From: a virus
Virus record (IMG/VR): IMGVR_UViG_3300037461_000748
Span: 32,001-96,000 of that record
Length of the DNA stretch: 64,000 nt
Strand: one strand, 5' to 3'
The position numbers were made by a program, and so were the translations under genes. This document shows positions 33,974-43,891 of this stretch, piece after piece. How positions within the stretch are numbered: position 1 is the first letter of the stretch; each line of letters opens with the position of its first letter. The notes beneath the pieces were generated by a model. The model had not been told where the DNA came from, searched no databases, and worked only from the letters and a program-made list of their open reading frames with translations.

Positions 33974-36859
33974 TTAATTCGTCCTATTTTTAATTACCAT
34001 GAAACTATCATAGTTTATATAATTACTGAAAGCTTTCTTAACATGTGCGTACCTAGTTATATTATAAGGTTTAAAAGTGTAACTTTCAAGTGTTTCTCCC
34101 GTTGATGTGGAATAAGTTGTCGATGCTACAGCCGTAGCAGTCTCTTTTTCTAAGATGCCGGACTCTTTAGCAGCTAATGTGATCTTCAACGCCCTTAGTT
34201 TCCTTGAAGCGGCTAATACATTTTCACCGTATAACTCCTCTAAGGCATTCATTAGATCTCCCTCTGGAAGATTTTTGTTAAATAAACCATCTTCGGCATC
34301 TTTCGACACAGTAACATTAGTTGCATAGTTTGGTTCATACCAACTTTTGCTAGTCTTAGTACTATTAACTAACCAACTATCTAAGACTCTGACTTGTTTA
34401 CGTAGTAGTTTAAGCTCTGCCTCTAAGCCTCTTATTTCTTGAGCTAGTGCAGCCGTAGAGGCACTAGCCTTTTGTTCAGTAGCTAACCATTTATCAACTC
34501 TATCAACAACTCCTGTTTGTTCGGGCTTAGACGTAGGTTGAATTTGTTGTAAAGATAAATCTTCCGTTTGATTATCAATAAAGGTCTTAATAGCCCGTTT
34601 ATCGTCAAAGTAAGCACGAAGTCCTTTAACTTTTGCAGCAGTGCCAAATATTTTAGTAGAATCCTTGCAATCGGCTACGGAAGGAAGATTTCCAATACCT
34701 ATCATGTTAAAATAGTTTTCTTTTGTAATTACTGCTCGCCACGTCTCAGAGGCTATGAACGATGCTAAATATAAGGCTCCATTGTTTTTAGCTTTAAAAT
34801 ATTTTGTTTTCAGTTCCTGAATAGCTAAATATAATAGCTTGCTATAGCGTATTTCAACTGTATCCGTATCAGATAGAAAAGAATTGACATCGTCTTTATA
34901 AGTCGTGGCAGTGGTCTTTTTTCTTAAATATGATAATATTGAGAAATCTCCAGTATTTTTTGACCAGGCACTACTAGTGAGGTTACCAGAGAACCTCTTA
35001 TAAATGCCATTTTTATATTGCGTAAATGGGTTGGTAACACTGCTTTCTCTACCAACTGTAAAATAGGTGTATAAGTTATAACCTACGTTTTCAAAACCAT
35101 AGAATTCTTCATCATATAAAAATTTATTAATTCCAAGAAATCCATCATTAGTAAAATCATTTACCAGATAGTTATCCAAGTCAGTATTAACTGTTCCCTG
35201 AAAAGACCCATCAAACTCATCATCAAAAATTAATCTTGGATTTCTAAATGATATTGTGCTATTAGCGTTACCATCAGCAGTGATTCTTGTATTGATGGAT
35301 GACACGATGCCTACGATACTGGGCCCCTCTTCATCGATGACAACTCCTGGGATACCAGTCATTCTGTAAGGACACCATTCAGCATTGATAGATAATAATC
35401 GTTTTCCATAACGATGGGCAACATATGATTCAGCAATCATATGTTCAAAAGATGTACCGAAACCTCCTGTGTACGTTGAAGATTTTTCGTCTTCTTCGCC
35501 AAAGTTTTCACTACTTAATAGTTCTCTATTAGTACCAGTTTCCTCATACTTTGTTTTATATTGGTCAACTGCTTTTGCCATCATAAACTCAATGACTTCA
35601 TAAACAGGACTAATTCCACGATAGGTTTCCTCAATGGTCATTCCTGCATGCAGCTTATATTTGCTGTCTTGTGCTGAGTCAAGTTGTGGAATTACTGCCG
35701 ACACGTTAACCCCTTTAAATCCATCTAACGCTGTTTGAAATGGCAGGCCTAGTTCACCTACTACACGTGTTGCCTCAGAAGACATGTCTCTTTGAAAAGA
35801 AAATGAATTTATCTGGCTAGGAAACAATATATTAAATTTTGCCGGAGGCGCATTGTCAAGACTTGGTAAAAAATACAATCTGTTAGAAAGATAGTGCTTT
35901 ACGTCTTCGGCTGTTCCCCAAAACACTTTCGCTTCGGTATGTGCCGCTGGCGCTATCATTGTGTAATAAGTTATTCTTAAGAACTCTTTAATTGCTTCCC
36001 ACAAGGTTAATGATGTATTAGACGACAAATTTAATCTGATGTCCATGTTCTGTAACACTAAATTATGCAAGAAGGCAGTAACTTTACCATAGTTTGGAAA
36101 TGCCATTATTGACTTAGTTAGTGAATACGATAATGATTGAACTCCAAAGTAAGGATCGAACACTTCATAATATCTAAGGAAGAACTGAACTAACGGAAGA
36201 AAGTCCCCTTTCTTGACCACTCCCTTGGACATGAGATTGATAAATTGCAGTGGCAACGTTTGTCTAGAAGTTACAACTAAGTTTTCCAATTGAGAATCTA
36301 TCATCGTAGAGCGGGTAGATTGCTTTGCTTTGATAGTACTCATTAAATTATTAATAGTTCCACCAGTAATCTGACTTCTATTAACGAATGTAGCTGAAAT
36401 CTTAGCCTTAGTTGGGTCATCACCAGTATATTCAGTTGTTTTAATACTGTCCAACGTAGTTGGCGTAGGCGCTCCGGAAATTCTGTAACGAAGTTTATTA
36501 GTCATTAATGTATCCATCGGACGTAATGTTGCTTGATAAAATCTGGATAATAAACTATTACAGACTAATGATGCGATTCTTCCTGAAGCGCCCTTCTGAT
36601 ATTGAATTCCAGTAACCTCTCCCTCAAATAATAAACCAATATATTCTTCACCAAGTTTGTTTTTAATTGGTCCAAAAATCTGGACAATGGTTCCCGGTAA
36701 TATTCTAAGTGCACCATATGAAGATGGAAATGCTATTGATGCTGTTGGAAAATTCCCCTCTGATTCAGAAATATTAACAGTCGAGAAAGGAACTGATATA
36801 CCCTCTAGATAAACTTGAAAATTTAATTTTTTATCTACAATAGGTTGAGTAATGCGCAT
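33974..36859 (-). CDS. Putative baseplate hub protein
   Basis: 961 aa directly after the tape measure; VYLEGISVPF..LFEGEVTG and WCPYRMTGIPGVV hub-like segments. Confidence 0.55.
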   Translation of the reverse strand: MRITQPIVDKKLNFQVYLEGISVPFSTVNISESEGNFPTASIAFPSSYGALRILPGTIVQIFGPIKNKLGEEYIGLLFEGEVTGIQYQKGASGRIASLVCNSLLSRFYQATLRPMDTLMTNKLRYRISGAPTPTTLDSIKTTEYTGDDPTKAKISATFVNRSQITGGTINNLMSTIKAKQSTRSTMIDSQLENLVVTSRQTLPLQFINLMSKGVVKKGDFLPLVQFFLRYYEVFDPYFGVQSLSYSLTKSIMAFPNYGKVTAFLHNLVLQNMDIRLNLSSNTSLTLWEAIKEFLRITYYTMIAPAAHTEAKVFWGTAEDVKHYLSNRLYFLPSLDNAPPAKFNILFPSQINSFSFQRDMSSEATRVVGELGLPFQTALDGFKGVNVSAVIPQLDSAQDSKYKLHAGMTIEETYRGISPVYEVIEFMMAKAVDQYKTKYEETGTNRELLSSENFGEEDEKSSTYTGGFGTSFEHMIAESYVAHRYGKRLLSINAEWCPYRMTGIPGVVIDEEGPSIVGIVSSINTRITADGNANSTISFRNPRLIFDDEFDGSFQGTVNTDLDNYLVNDFTNDGFLGINKFLYDEEFYGFENVGYNLYTYFTVGRESSVTNPFTQYKNGIYKRFSGNLTSSAWSKNTGDFSILSYLRKKTTATTYKDDVNSFLSDTDTVEIRYSKLLYLAIQELKTKYFKAKNNGALYLASFIASETWRAVITKENYFNMIGIGNLPSVADCKDSTKIFGTAAKVKGLRAYFDDKRAIKTFIDNQTEDLSLQQIQPTSKPEQTGVVDRVDKWLATEQKASASTAALAQEIRGLEAELKLLRKQVRVLDSWLVNSTKTSKSWYEPNYATNVTVSKDAEDGLFNKNLPEGDLMNALEELYGENVLAASRKLRALKITLAAKESGILEKETATAVASTTYSTSTGETLESYTFKPYNITRYAHVKKAFSNYINYDSFMVIKNRTN

Positions 36860-39800
36860 TAGGGTTTATCCTCCCGAGGTCCACTGAGGGCCGGAAATAA
36901 GAAACTAAATCCTGTTTTTTTATTTACATCATAAATAGGTATTCCGTCTCCATCAAGCATTCGTAATAATGTATCCATAGTCATCATGACCTTTTCATCT
37001 TTATCTCTACCTATGCCTAAGGTCTGTAATATTCCTGGGGACCTTGCTTCAAGTATACTCTGAGCAGAAAGGCTTCTACTTACATCCTCTCTCATGACCT
37101 TCATCCTATCATCTGCACTTCTAGCTTGTCGAAATCTATCAGTTATACCTGGCATAAGTGCTTCCATTCTACCCTCTTGAACTTCTCCAAAAATTTGGAT
37201 ATTAGATTCAGCGGCAGTTGCACTAATTGCATGCTGTTCTATTGCCCTTTGTGCCGAAAGTCTTGCGTCGTCGTCTTGAATTTCAGAGATTCTTAAGGAT
37301 TTTGTTTGCTCATCAATAGTAGTTTGTAATTGAATCCGCGCCTTTGCCATGACTCCGAGCCGTTGGGTATTAGTGTAACCCTTTGTCTTAGACGCATTTC
37401 TAACAGCTTGCCAGGCCATAGCCATAGCTTTAGAATGATCATCGTCTCTGTCTCTTAGATCAGATATAATATCGTCCATCTCCGCAATAGTTGTAACGTC
37501 TCCTCGCGAATAGTCTCTTTCTAAATCAGCAAATATGTCTTTAATTGCCCCACCTATGAACTCATTCGTAGTGACTTTTCCCCCAAGTCCTAAGAGCCCG
37601 GTGGATACTTCTCTAGCCCCCACACCTTCAGCATATTTTTCTCCCAGGGCCAAAGCTTCATCCATTGTAGAGTTTCTTAATTTCCCTAATCCAGTATCAA
37701 TACTCTTGCTAGCATTTACCAGCATCTGATTTCTTATAGCTGTTCTTTGGTCGGTAACTCCGGCAACTGTGCCACCAGCGATCTTTCTAGCATATGAATC
37801 TTCGTTTATTCTCTCATTCAACGCAGATTTTTCCAAATCCGTAAGTTCGTCGTAACTTCGTCCATTATATCCACTTCGTGCTAACTTATCTCTGGCTTGA
37901 TCAGGAGTATCAGACTCACTAATTACATGAACATTAACTTTTTCCCAGGCATAGTCTATAGCATCTTTGTACGCTTTAGTTGTTTTATCTGGAGGATCCG
38001 ATACATACTCTTTTCTTCGATGATCCAATGTAGTTTGTACTTGTTCTGGAGTAAATCCTCTACTAGTCATACCGATGACATCTTTAAGAGTTTCTTCTTT
38101 ATCATGGTATCCCATGCCTAACGTAAACCTTTTAAAAACATTCTTAGTCTCTTCATCAAGGTCTGGTCGTACAATCTTAGTTCTGCTCGGAGTATCTGTT
38201 ACATCGCCTGCAAGCGATTTATATAGACCCTTATCTTCCTCCTCTAATTGACTTAAAAATGTCTTATATTCCCTATCAGCTGCTTGGGCCAAGATTCGTC
38301 TCCTCTCTTCGGAATCTTTAGCAGTTTTTCCAGCCAACACTCGCTCCACATCAGTTTCAATGCTTGTCATTAACGCAGAGTTTTGAAAATTACTGAATTC
38401 CTTTCTGACATCGTTATCTCTAATTAGTTCCTCTGTTCTGAAAGTTTTGCGTCCAGTAAAGAAGTCACTAACTCCAGTAACAGTTCTTTCAAAGAAATCT
38501 CCTACGGCTTCTCCAGCTCTATTAACAACTCCTATGTCCAAAGTTTTGTCAAGTTCGTACATCGCATTATACCAGGCCTTCTTGTAAAACGGAATAGAAG
38601 TATTGATATCTGCTTCTGTTTGTAGCATACTAACTATGTCTTGACCAGCCATTTCTTGTCTTGTTGGACCACCACCGATGGCCATTGCTCCCTTAACAAG
38701 AGCAGTAGCCTTATCAGGACTAATATTTAATTGCTGGGAAACGAGTCCAGCAACAACGTCCCAGTGGATTCTTCCCTCAGAATCTGTAGACCCAGGCATT
38801 ATCTTAGCAAGGTCTATCATTGGTTTTATAGCCCGTAGTGTCAATTCCTCTGTACCCTCTTGACCTATGGCCCCAATGATTCTAGGAAGTTGAATACTCA
38901 TCGCCGGCAATATCATGGGATTTCCAGAAACAAGGTCTCCCGCAGCTCCAAGCATTCCTAGTAGACCCCCCGCACCATTATAACCGCCAAGCATTGCCGT
39001 CATACCAAGCATACCTTGGCCACTGAGTCCCCATCTTACCAATGTTTCCATTTGGCCGATGCCAAACCTGCCAGGTCCTCCAGCTTCTGTGATGATTCTC
39101 ATAAGATCCTCATCTCCAGTCCTTGTAAGTCGCTCTGCTTGTAACCTTGAATCTATTGCCATCATGTAACCTGCTTGTGCACCGATGCCAGCTTGTCTAG
39201 TCATCTGAGCTCCTTGAAGACCTATGCCAGCAATTTCTGATACATCCATTCCAGTCATATTAGCAATGTTACTCATACGAGCTGTCAATGCGGATACATT
39301 CTCAGTAGTGGCAATCATGTTTTGCTGTAAAGTTCCCATGAACTGTGCTGCTTCTGTAAAGGACATATCCATGTCAGCGGCAACTTGCTTAAAGTTATTT
39401 AATAAAGACATCGTAGTAGTTCTGAATTGTTCGATTCCCCGAACATTTTGAAATCCACCGGCGTTAGCAAAAGCCACTATTTCTTCTTCAGCACTTTGAA
39501 CATCGAATCCTCTAGCTCGTTGTTCTGGTCTAAGAAACTTATCCTGTATTTGACTAGCGAGGTCCTCAGCTTCAGTTGCAGTAATTCCCGCCCCAGATGC
39601 TCTAGAAATGTAATGTAGACCTTCTCCAATTGCAACTCTTTCTCGTTCAGCTGATAATAAGAAGTCAGACACTCCCTCAGCTATAGTACCGGCTGTCCAA
39701 CCGGCTAACGTCCCAACGCCAGGAGCCACAACACTTCCTATGGCTGCACCAGCTATGTCCCAGCCCCAGTCTCTAGTAAATCCCATGATGCGTTCTTCTG

Positions 39801-40359
39801 TTCTATATTGTGCTGCTCTTCTCGCCTCTCCAGGAGTCACCGGGCCGCGATAATCAAACCCAGAATCTAATAGTCCAAATATCGAAGGAACATATTTTCC
39901 ACCTATTAAATCTTTCCAAGCTCCCGGATCTCCAGGAACTCCTGGACCAGTGGGCACTTGAAATGTGGGATATGGTGCAGGCCTTGTTAATAGACCCATT
40001 ACTCTAAGATCATCTGTAAACTTAGTGTATCCCATCTGTAGTGTTTCAGCAGCTTTGTCCATCTCAGCAGTCATCGCTTCCATGAAACCTCTACCACCAT
40101 CAGTGGGTCCAGTCTGTGCTCCGACCTTAGACCAAAAACTAGCATCAATCTGATCTGCGAATTGACCAGCAGGAGCTGCTGTAAACTCTTTGGCTAATAG
40201 TGGATAATTTGCTAATAAGTCTTGAGCCTTTGGTAATTCAGCCGCACGCATAGCAGTGGCGCCAACAGCTGTATCAATTCGCTGCCTAACTGCATCTAAT
40301 TGCGCACCAAGGTCTGTATCATCTATTTCTACCCGGTAAGTTACTGTTTCTTCAGGCAC
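36859..40359 (-). CDS. Tape measure protein
   Basis: 1166 aa, Ala/Gly-rich and helical with hydrophobic stretches; directly downstream of the frameshifted chaperone pair; GTG start. Confidence 0.75.
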   Translation of the reverse strand: MPEETVTYRVEIDDTDLGAQLDAVRQRIDTAVGATAMRAAELPKAQDLLANYPLLAKEFTAAPAGQFADQIDASFWSKVGAQTGPTDGGRGFMEAMTAEMDKAAETLQMGYTKFTDDLRVMGLLTRPAPYPTFQVPTGPGVPGDPGAWKDLIGGKYVPSIFGLLDSGFDYRGPVTPGEARRAAQYRTEERIMGFTRDWGWDIAGAAIGSVVAPGVGTLAGWTAGTIAEGVSDFLLSAERERVAIGEGLHYISRASGAGITATEAEDLASQIQDKFLRPEQRARGFDVQSAEEEIVAFANAGGFQNVRGIEQFRTTTMSLLNNFKQVAADMDMSFTEAAQFMGTLQQNMIATTENVSALTARMSNIANMTGMDVSEIAGIGLQGAQMTRQAGIGAQAGYMMAIDSRLQAERLTRTGDEDLMRIITEAGGPGRFGIGQMETLVRWGLSGQGMLGMTAMLGGYNGAGGLLGMLGAAGDLVSGNPMILPAMSIQLPRIIGAIGQEGTEELTLRAIKPMIDLAKIMPGSTDSEGRIHWDVVAGLVSQQLNISPDKATALVKGAMAIGGGPTRQEMAGQDIVSMLQTEADINTSIPFYKKAWYNAMYELDKTLDIGVVNRAGEAVGDFFERTVTGVSDFFTGRKTFRTEELIRDNDVRKEFSNFQNSALMTSIETDVERVLAGKTAKDSEERRRILAQAADREYKTFLSQLEEEDKGLYKSLAGDVTDTPSRTKIVRPDLDEETKNVFKRFTLGMGYHDKEETLKDVIGMTSRGFTPEQVQTTLDHRRKEYVSDPPDKTTKAYKDAIDYAWEKVNVHVISESDTPDQARDKLARSGYNGRSYDELTDLEKSALNERINEDSYARKIAGGTVAGVTDQRTAIRNQMLVNASKSIDTGLGKLRNSTMDEALALGEKYAEGVGAREVSTGLLGLGGKVTTNEFIGGAIKDIFADLERDYSRGDVTTIAEMDDIISDLRDRDDDHSKAMAMAWQAVRNASKTKGYTNTQRLGVMAKARIQLQTTIDEQTKSLRISEIQDDDARLSAQRAIEQHAISATAAESNIQIFGEVQEGRMEALMPGITDRFRQARSADDRMKVMREDVSRSLSAQSILEARSPGILQTLGIGRDKDEKVMMTMDTLLRMLDGDGIPIYDVNKKTGFSFLFPALSGPREDKP

Positions 40360-40361
40360 TG

Positions 40362-40773
40362 TTACTCTCCAGTAAGTTTCTTATAAAATGTTTTAACGTC
40401 AGTAGCTGGGATCTCCTTATCAGTTGTCACGTTATCAATTCTAAGTCTACCAATCATGTTTTTATTTAGTAAATCAGATTGAACTTTCTTGAACTGTTTA
40501 TCAAGATCTTCTGGTTTACCAGCTGGTACATTCTTTCCTAATAAGGAATTTTTATACTCATTTAGAAGCTTATTAAACTCTTGAACTTCGCTACTATTAC
40601 TTCTATCAAGAGAAGAAGCTTTTATTATTAACATGGTTTCTAAATACCTTACAACCTTGTCATTTTCTAAATGTCTTAATATTATTGTTTCCTTTAAGCT
40701 GCCTCGCTTCCCGGGGTTGATCCCTCTTGAGATTGCTTCCGCCCTACGTGCTGCGAGGCCTGGTCGAAAAAAA
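40362..40773 (-). CDS. Tail assembly chaperone, -1 frameshift extension (gpGT-like)
   Basis: The -1 frame is open from the T7 run at 40767-40773 through the 40362-40634 ORF. Confidence 0.75.
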
Positions 40774-41158
40774 CTTTATCAATCTCATCCATGTTTAAAG
40801 CTTCCCTCACTTCCTTTTCAAACATATTCTGAAGCTTAACGATCTTATCTACTAGCACACTGGATAAGCCAGTCCTATTAATAAATGCTGCGGCTTCTTC
40901 ACGGCTCTTAAATTCGTTTGCACCATACTTAACTAATGTGGCGCTAATAAGTTTAAGTCCGTAAGTATGAATTATGAATGGACCAGAACCTTTAACCTCA
41001 CACATTTCCTTTTCAATGCTAATTTGATCGATGGAACTTAAGTTTTTTATAATTGCTGAGAGCTTATTAGGAATAAGCTCAATCTCTTTTGAAGCGTATC
41101 CGTCTTCGAACAATTGTTCTAATATCGCTTCATTGTTGTTGTTTTTATTTTTAGGCAT
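40694..41158 (-). CDS. Tail assembly chaperone (gpG-like)
   Basis: Upstream of the tape measure, with a slippery site near the 3' end. Confidence 0.75.
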   Translation of the reverse strand: MPKNKNNNNEAILEQLFEDGYASKEIELIPNKLSAIIKNLSSIDQISIEKEMCEVKGSGPFIIHTYGLKLISATLVKYGANEFKSREEAAAFINRTGLSSVLVDKIVKLQNMFEKEVREALNMDEIDKVFFDQASQHVGRKQSQEGSTPGSEAA

Positions 41159-41182
41159 ATCATTGTTTGGTTTAGTTAAACT

Positions 41183-41220
41183 ATATACTATAATATAAGA
41201 TATTTTTTCAAGTAATACAA
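41183..41220 (-). promoter_or_regulatory. Sigma70-like promoter, TATATT class, for the tail operon
   Basis: TTGTAT-17 nt-TATATT followed by ATAGTATA; lies in the divergent intergenic region. Confidence 0.7.
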
Positions 41221-41229
41221 CATTTATTT

Positions 41230-41238
41230 GGTATAAGA
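41230..41238 (+). promoter_or_regulatory. GGTATAAGA motif upstream of the replication block
   Basis: Same 9-mer as at 851, 1386 and 2848. Confidence 0.5.
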
Positions 41239-41288
41239 ATTCTGAGAAATATTATCTTAGAATTTAAGAACCCAATCAAATTCTTTTT

Positions 41289-42641
41289 ATGTTAGTTTTT
41301 ATAAAGAATATGGCTAGATTGGTCGGCGTAGAGTCAGTAATGTTAAGGGACATAAAGAATCTGTTGACTTTACACAACCCACTGTTCGGAAAGAAGTTAG
41401 ACTTAAATCTTTCTGTTGTAGGTATTCCAAAATTTCTTAAGTATTACAGGTCAATTAGTGAGACTTCTATTGAAGTACCGGTAGGAGCGTTGCCTGAAAT
41501 ATTAAAGAAATTTGATAAGAAAGATATAGAAATAATAGACAGTAGAGTCTCTAATCTACAACCCGACTATTTTTCTAGCTTAAAATTTACTGGAAAGTTA
41601 CGAGATTATCAAGAAGATATAATACAGGCGTGCTTACCCAAGACAGTTGGAATTGTGCAGGCCATGACAGGAAGTGGAAAAACCATTGTGTTCATTGCAC
41701 TTATAATGAAGCGACAAGAGCCTACACTAATATTGGTTAATACCCTTGAACTAGCAAATCAAACCATCTCGTCATTTACTAAATTCACAAATATCAAGGC
41801 TGCTGACATAGGGTTCATAGGTGACGGTAGATTTGAAATAAAACCAGTTACCGTTGGATTACATCAGACTATGGCAAAACTAGAAGATAATAAGTTTAAT
41901 TTGATTGATGAAAGATTCGGTCAAATTATCGCAGACGAAGTGCATATATGCGGAGCACAAACTTATTATCGAACGATGACACATTTATCAGCTAAATATA
42001 AGTACGGGTTCTCGGCTACGCCAAAGAGAGACGATGGTTTAACCGAAGCTATTCATTTTGCAACGGGACCTACCATTCATGAAGTTCCTAAGGATAAATT
42101 AACAAGCGTATTAATTACACCTTCCTATAAGACCATTGATACAGAGTATCAGTATTATCTTTTCAATTCACAAGAATACCAAGAAATGATTACTGATATG
42201 GCTGAAGACGTAAAGCGTAATAAGCTCATCGTTGATACCTGGAAAAAGAATTACAAGGGACGTAGTACAATAATATTATGTCTAAGAGTAGCTCATCTGG
42301 AAATCTTACATAAGATGCTTCCAAAGGAATCAGTAATGCTCCATTCTAAAATGAAAAAGAAAGACAGGGCCTCTGCATTAGAACAAATAATCAGTGGAGA
42401 AAAGACAATTGTATTATCAACGTATGGATTATTTAGTACTGGCATCGACGTACCACGGCTGGAAGTATTAATGTTGGCAGCACCAATGAAATCAGAAGTT
42501 AAATTAAAACAGGCAGCAGGGCGACTAATGCGGATGTGCAAAGGCAAAACATCGGCTGAAATAGTTGACTTTGTTGATAAGAATATTGACTTATTAAAAT
42601 TTCAGTATTATAAAAGAGGTAGGATATTAAGAGCTATATGA
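41289..42641 (+). CDS. Superfamily 2 DNA helicase (UvsW/XPB-like)
   Basis: LRDYQ, TGSGKT, DEVH, SATPKRDDG, TGIDVP and QAAGRLMR motifs. Confidence 0.9.
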   Translation: MLVFIKNMARLVGVESVMLRDIKNLLTLHNPLFGKKLDLNLSVVGIPKFLKYYRSISETSIEVPVGALPEILKKFDKKDIEIIDSRVSNLQPDYFSSLKFTGKLRDYQEDIIQACLPKTVGIVQAMTGSGKTIVFIALIMKRQEPTLILVNTLELANQTISSFTKFTNIKAADIGFIGDGRFEIKPVTVGLHQTMAKLEDNKFNLIDERFGQIIADEVHICGAQTYYRTMTHLSAKYKYGFSATPKRDDGLTEAIHFATGPTIHEVPKDKLTSVLITPSYKTIDTEYQYYLFNSQEYQEMITDMAEDVKRNKLIVDTWKKNYKGRSTIILCLRVAHLEILHKMLPKESVMLHSKMKKKDRASALEQIISGEKTIVLSTYGLFSTGIDVPRLEVLMLAAPMKSEVKLKQAAGRLMRMCKGKTSAEIVDFVDKNIDLLKFQYYKRGRILRAI

Positions 42642-42823
42642 AAACAGTACCATTTCCAGGAGAAGCTCCAATAGTTACTGTAATCAACTGTGGAGCCTTA
42701 GATATTGTCGAAGAACAAGAGTTTTTAAAATATTGTAAACAACGCAATATTGACATAAATTCCTTAGAAAGCTTAGAAAAAGCTTTTGACGACTGGGAAC
42801 CCGAAAGATTTAACATTATTTAA
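42638..42823 (+). CDS. Hypothetical protein
   Basis: ATGA overlap with the helicase. Confidence 0.55.
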   Translation: MKTVPFPGEAPIVTVINCGALDIVEEQEFLKYCKQRNIDINSLESLEKAFDDWEPERFNII

Positions 42824-42826
42824 AAT

Positions 42827-43390
42827 ATGAAATTATCAGAATGTAACAGGTGTAAGGATCTATTAGAATACAGAACACAGGTAGTGCTCCCCATTGTTCG
42901 AGGTACTTCCCCAACTGTATTATTTCTAGGCGAAGCTCCTGGAGGAACAGAAGATAAAAAAGGAGAGCCATTTTGTGGATCCGCTGGCAAATGGCATTGG
43001 TGGTTTGCTAATGAAATTGGCGTTGCCGATTCTTGCGTAGTAGGCAATTGTATCAATTGTAGACCTGTAGTATTAAAAGGCAAGCGAAAAGTAAATGGAA
43101 AACCCACAGATGATCAGCTAATGAACTGTAGTCATTGGAGAAATATGTTAATTAGATCATATAGTTTTAAGTTGATTATATTATACGGAACATATCCTAT
43201 CGCAGCAATGTTAGACTTGCATCCTCCAGTGTCAAAATGGGTAGGCCGAAAGTTTGTTAATAGTAAAATTGGCATTCCTTTATTAGCTTGTTATCACCCA
43301 GCCACATTGGTATATGATTATAAGGAATACATTTCTGCCTGGGAAGAACATACAAAAATTGCGAGGAAATTATTATATGAAGAAAACTGA
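42827..43390 (+). CDS. Uracil-DNA glycosylase family 4-like
   Basis: CNRC, GEAPGGTED..GEPFCG.AG, NCINCRP and YHPA motifs. Confidence 0.9.
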   Translation: MKLSECNRCKDLLEYRTQVVLPIVRGTSPTVLFLGEAPGGTEDKKGEPFCGSAGKWHWWFANEIGVADSCVVGNCINCRPVVLKGKRKVNGKPTDDQLMNCSHWRNMLIRSYSFKLIILYGTYPIAAMLDLHPPVSKWVGRKFVNSKIGIPLLACYHPATLVYDYKEYISAWEEHTKIARKLLYEEN

Positions 43391-43550
43391 TGAAGAATAT
43401 ATTAAAGATTGTTATGAGTTCATTAAGCCACACATCGGTCATCAACGGCTTCGACCAGGCGTAGTAATGATTGTGTCTGGAACAATTGAAGTTATACCGA
43501 CCTCATTAGAAGAACGACGAGAATTTTTTGAAAAAAATATGCAAATATGA
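43377..43550 (+). CDS. Hypothetical protein
   Basis: ATG 43377 (MKKTDEE) overlaps the UDG end; ATGA overlap downstream. Confidence 0.5.
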   Translation: MKKTDEEYIKDCYEFIKPHIGHQRLRPGVVMIVSGTIEVIPTSLEERREFFEKNMQI

Positions 43551-43888
43551 CACCAGAGTACGATTTTACATTTACAGATGACAACTCTACAGAAGATCCC
43601 AGACCAAATCTAAGAATTGCAAAATGCTGTGGCAATTGTAAATACTTTTGGTACAAAAAGAACAAACAGCGCAGGGGATTCTGCAGAATACCAAACCCCC
43701 ACTTAAAATTTGTGGCAAAGAGACTCGGAGAAAGCTATGACGAAAATGAGATCAGAAAAAACTGGGCTCCAGCGCATGTTACTAATACGTGTGATCTTCA
43801 TAGATTTACTTCAATCTGGTCGTCAATTAATAGAGTCTCAGACTGGGTTGGTAAAAAATTCAATGCTCAAGGAGCGTTAGAGGAATAA
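43547..43888 (+). CDS. Hypothetical Cys-rich protein
   Basis: CCGNCKYF..GFC..TCD pattern. Confidence 0.65.
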   Translation: MTPEYDFTFTDDNSTEDPRPNLRIAKCCGNCKYFWYKKNKQRRGFCRIPNPHLKFVAKRLGESYDENEIRKNWAPAHVTNTCDLHRFTSIWSSINRVSDWVGKKFNAQGALEE

Positions 43889-43891
43889 GAA

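Noticed and set aside
3915-40153. Numerous 60-140 aa ORFs antisense or out-of-frame within long structural genes
   Set aside because: Shadow ORFs of real genes, with no independent signals or recognisable motifs.
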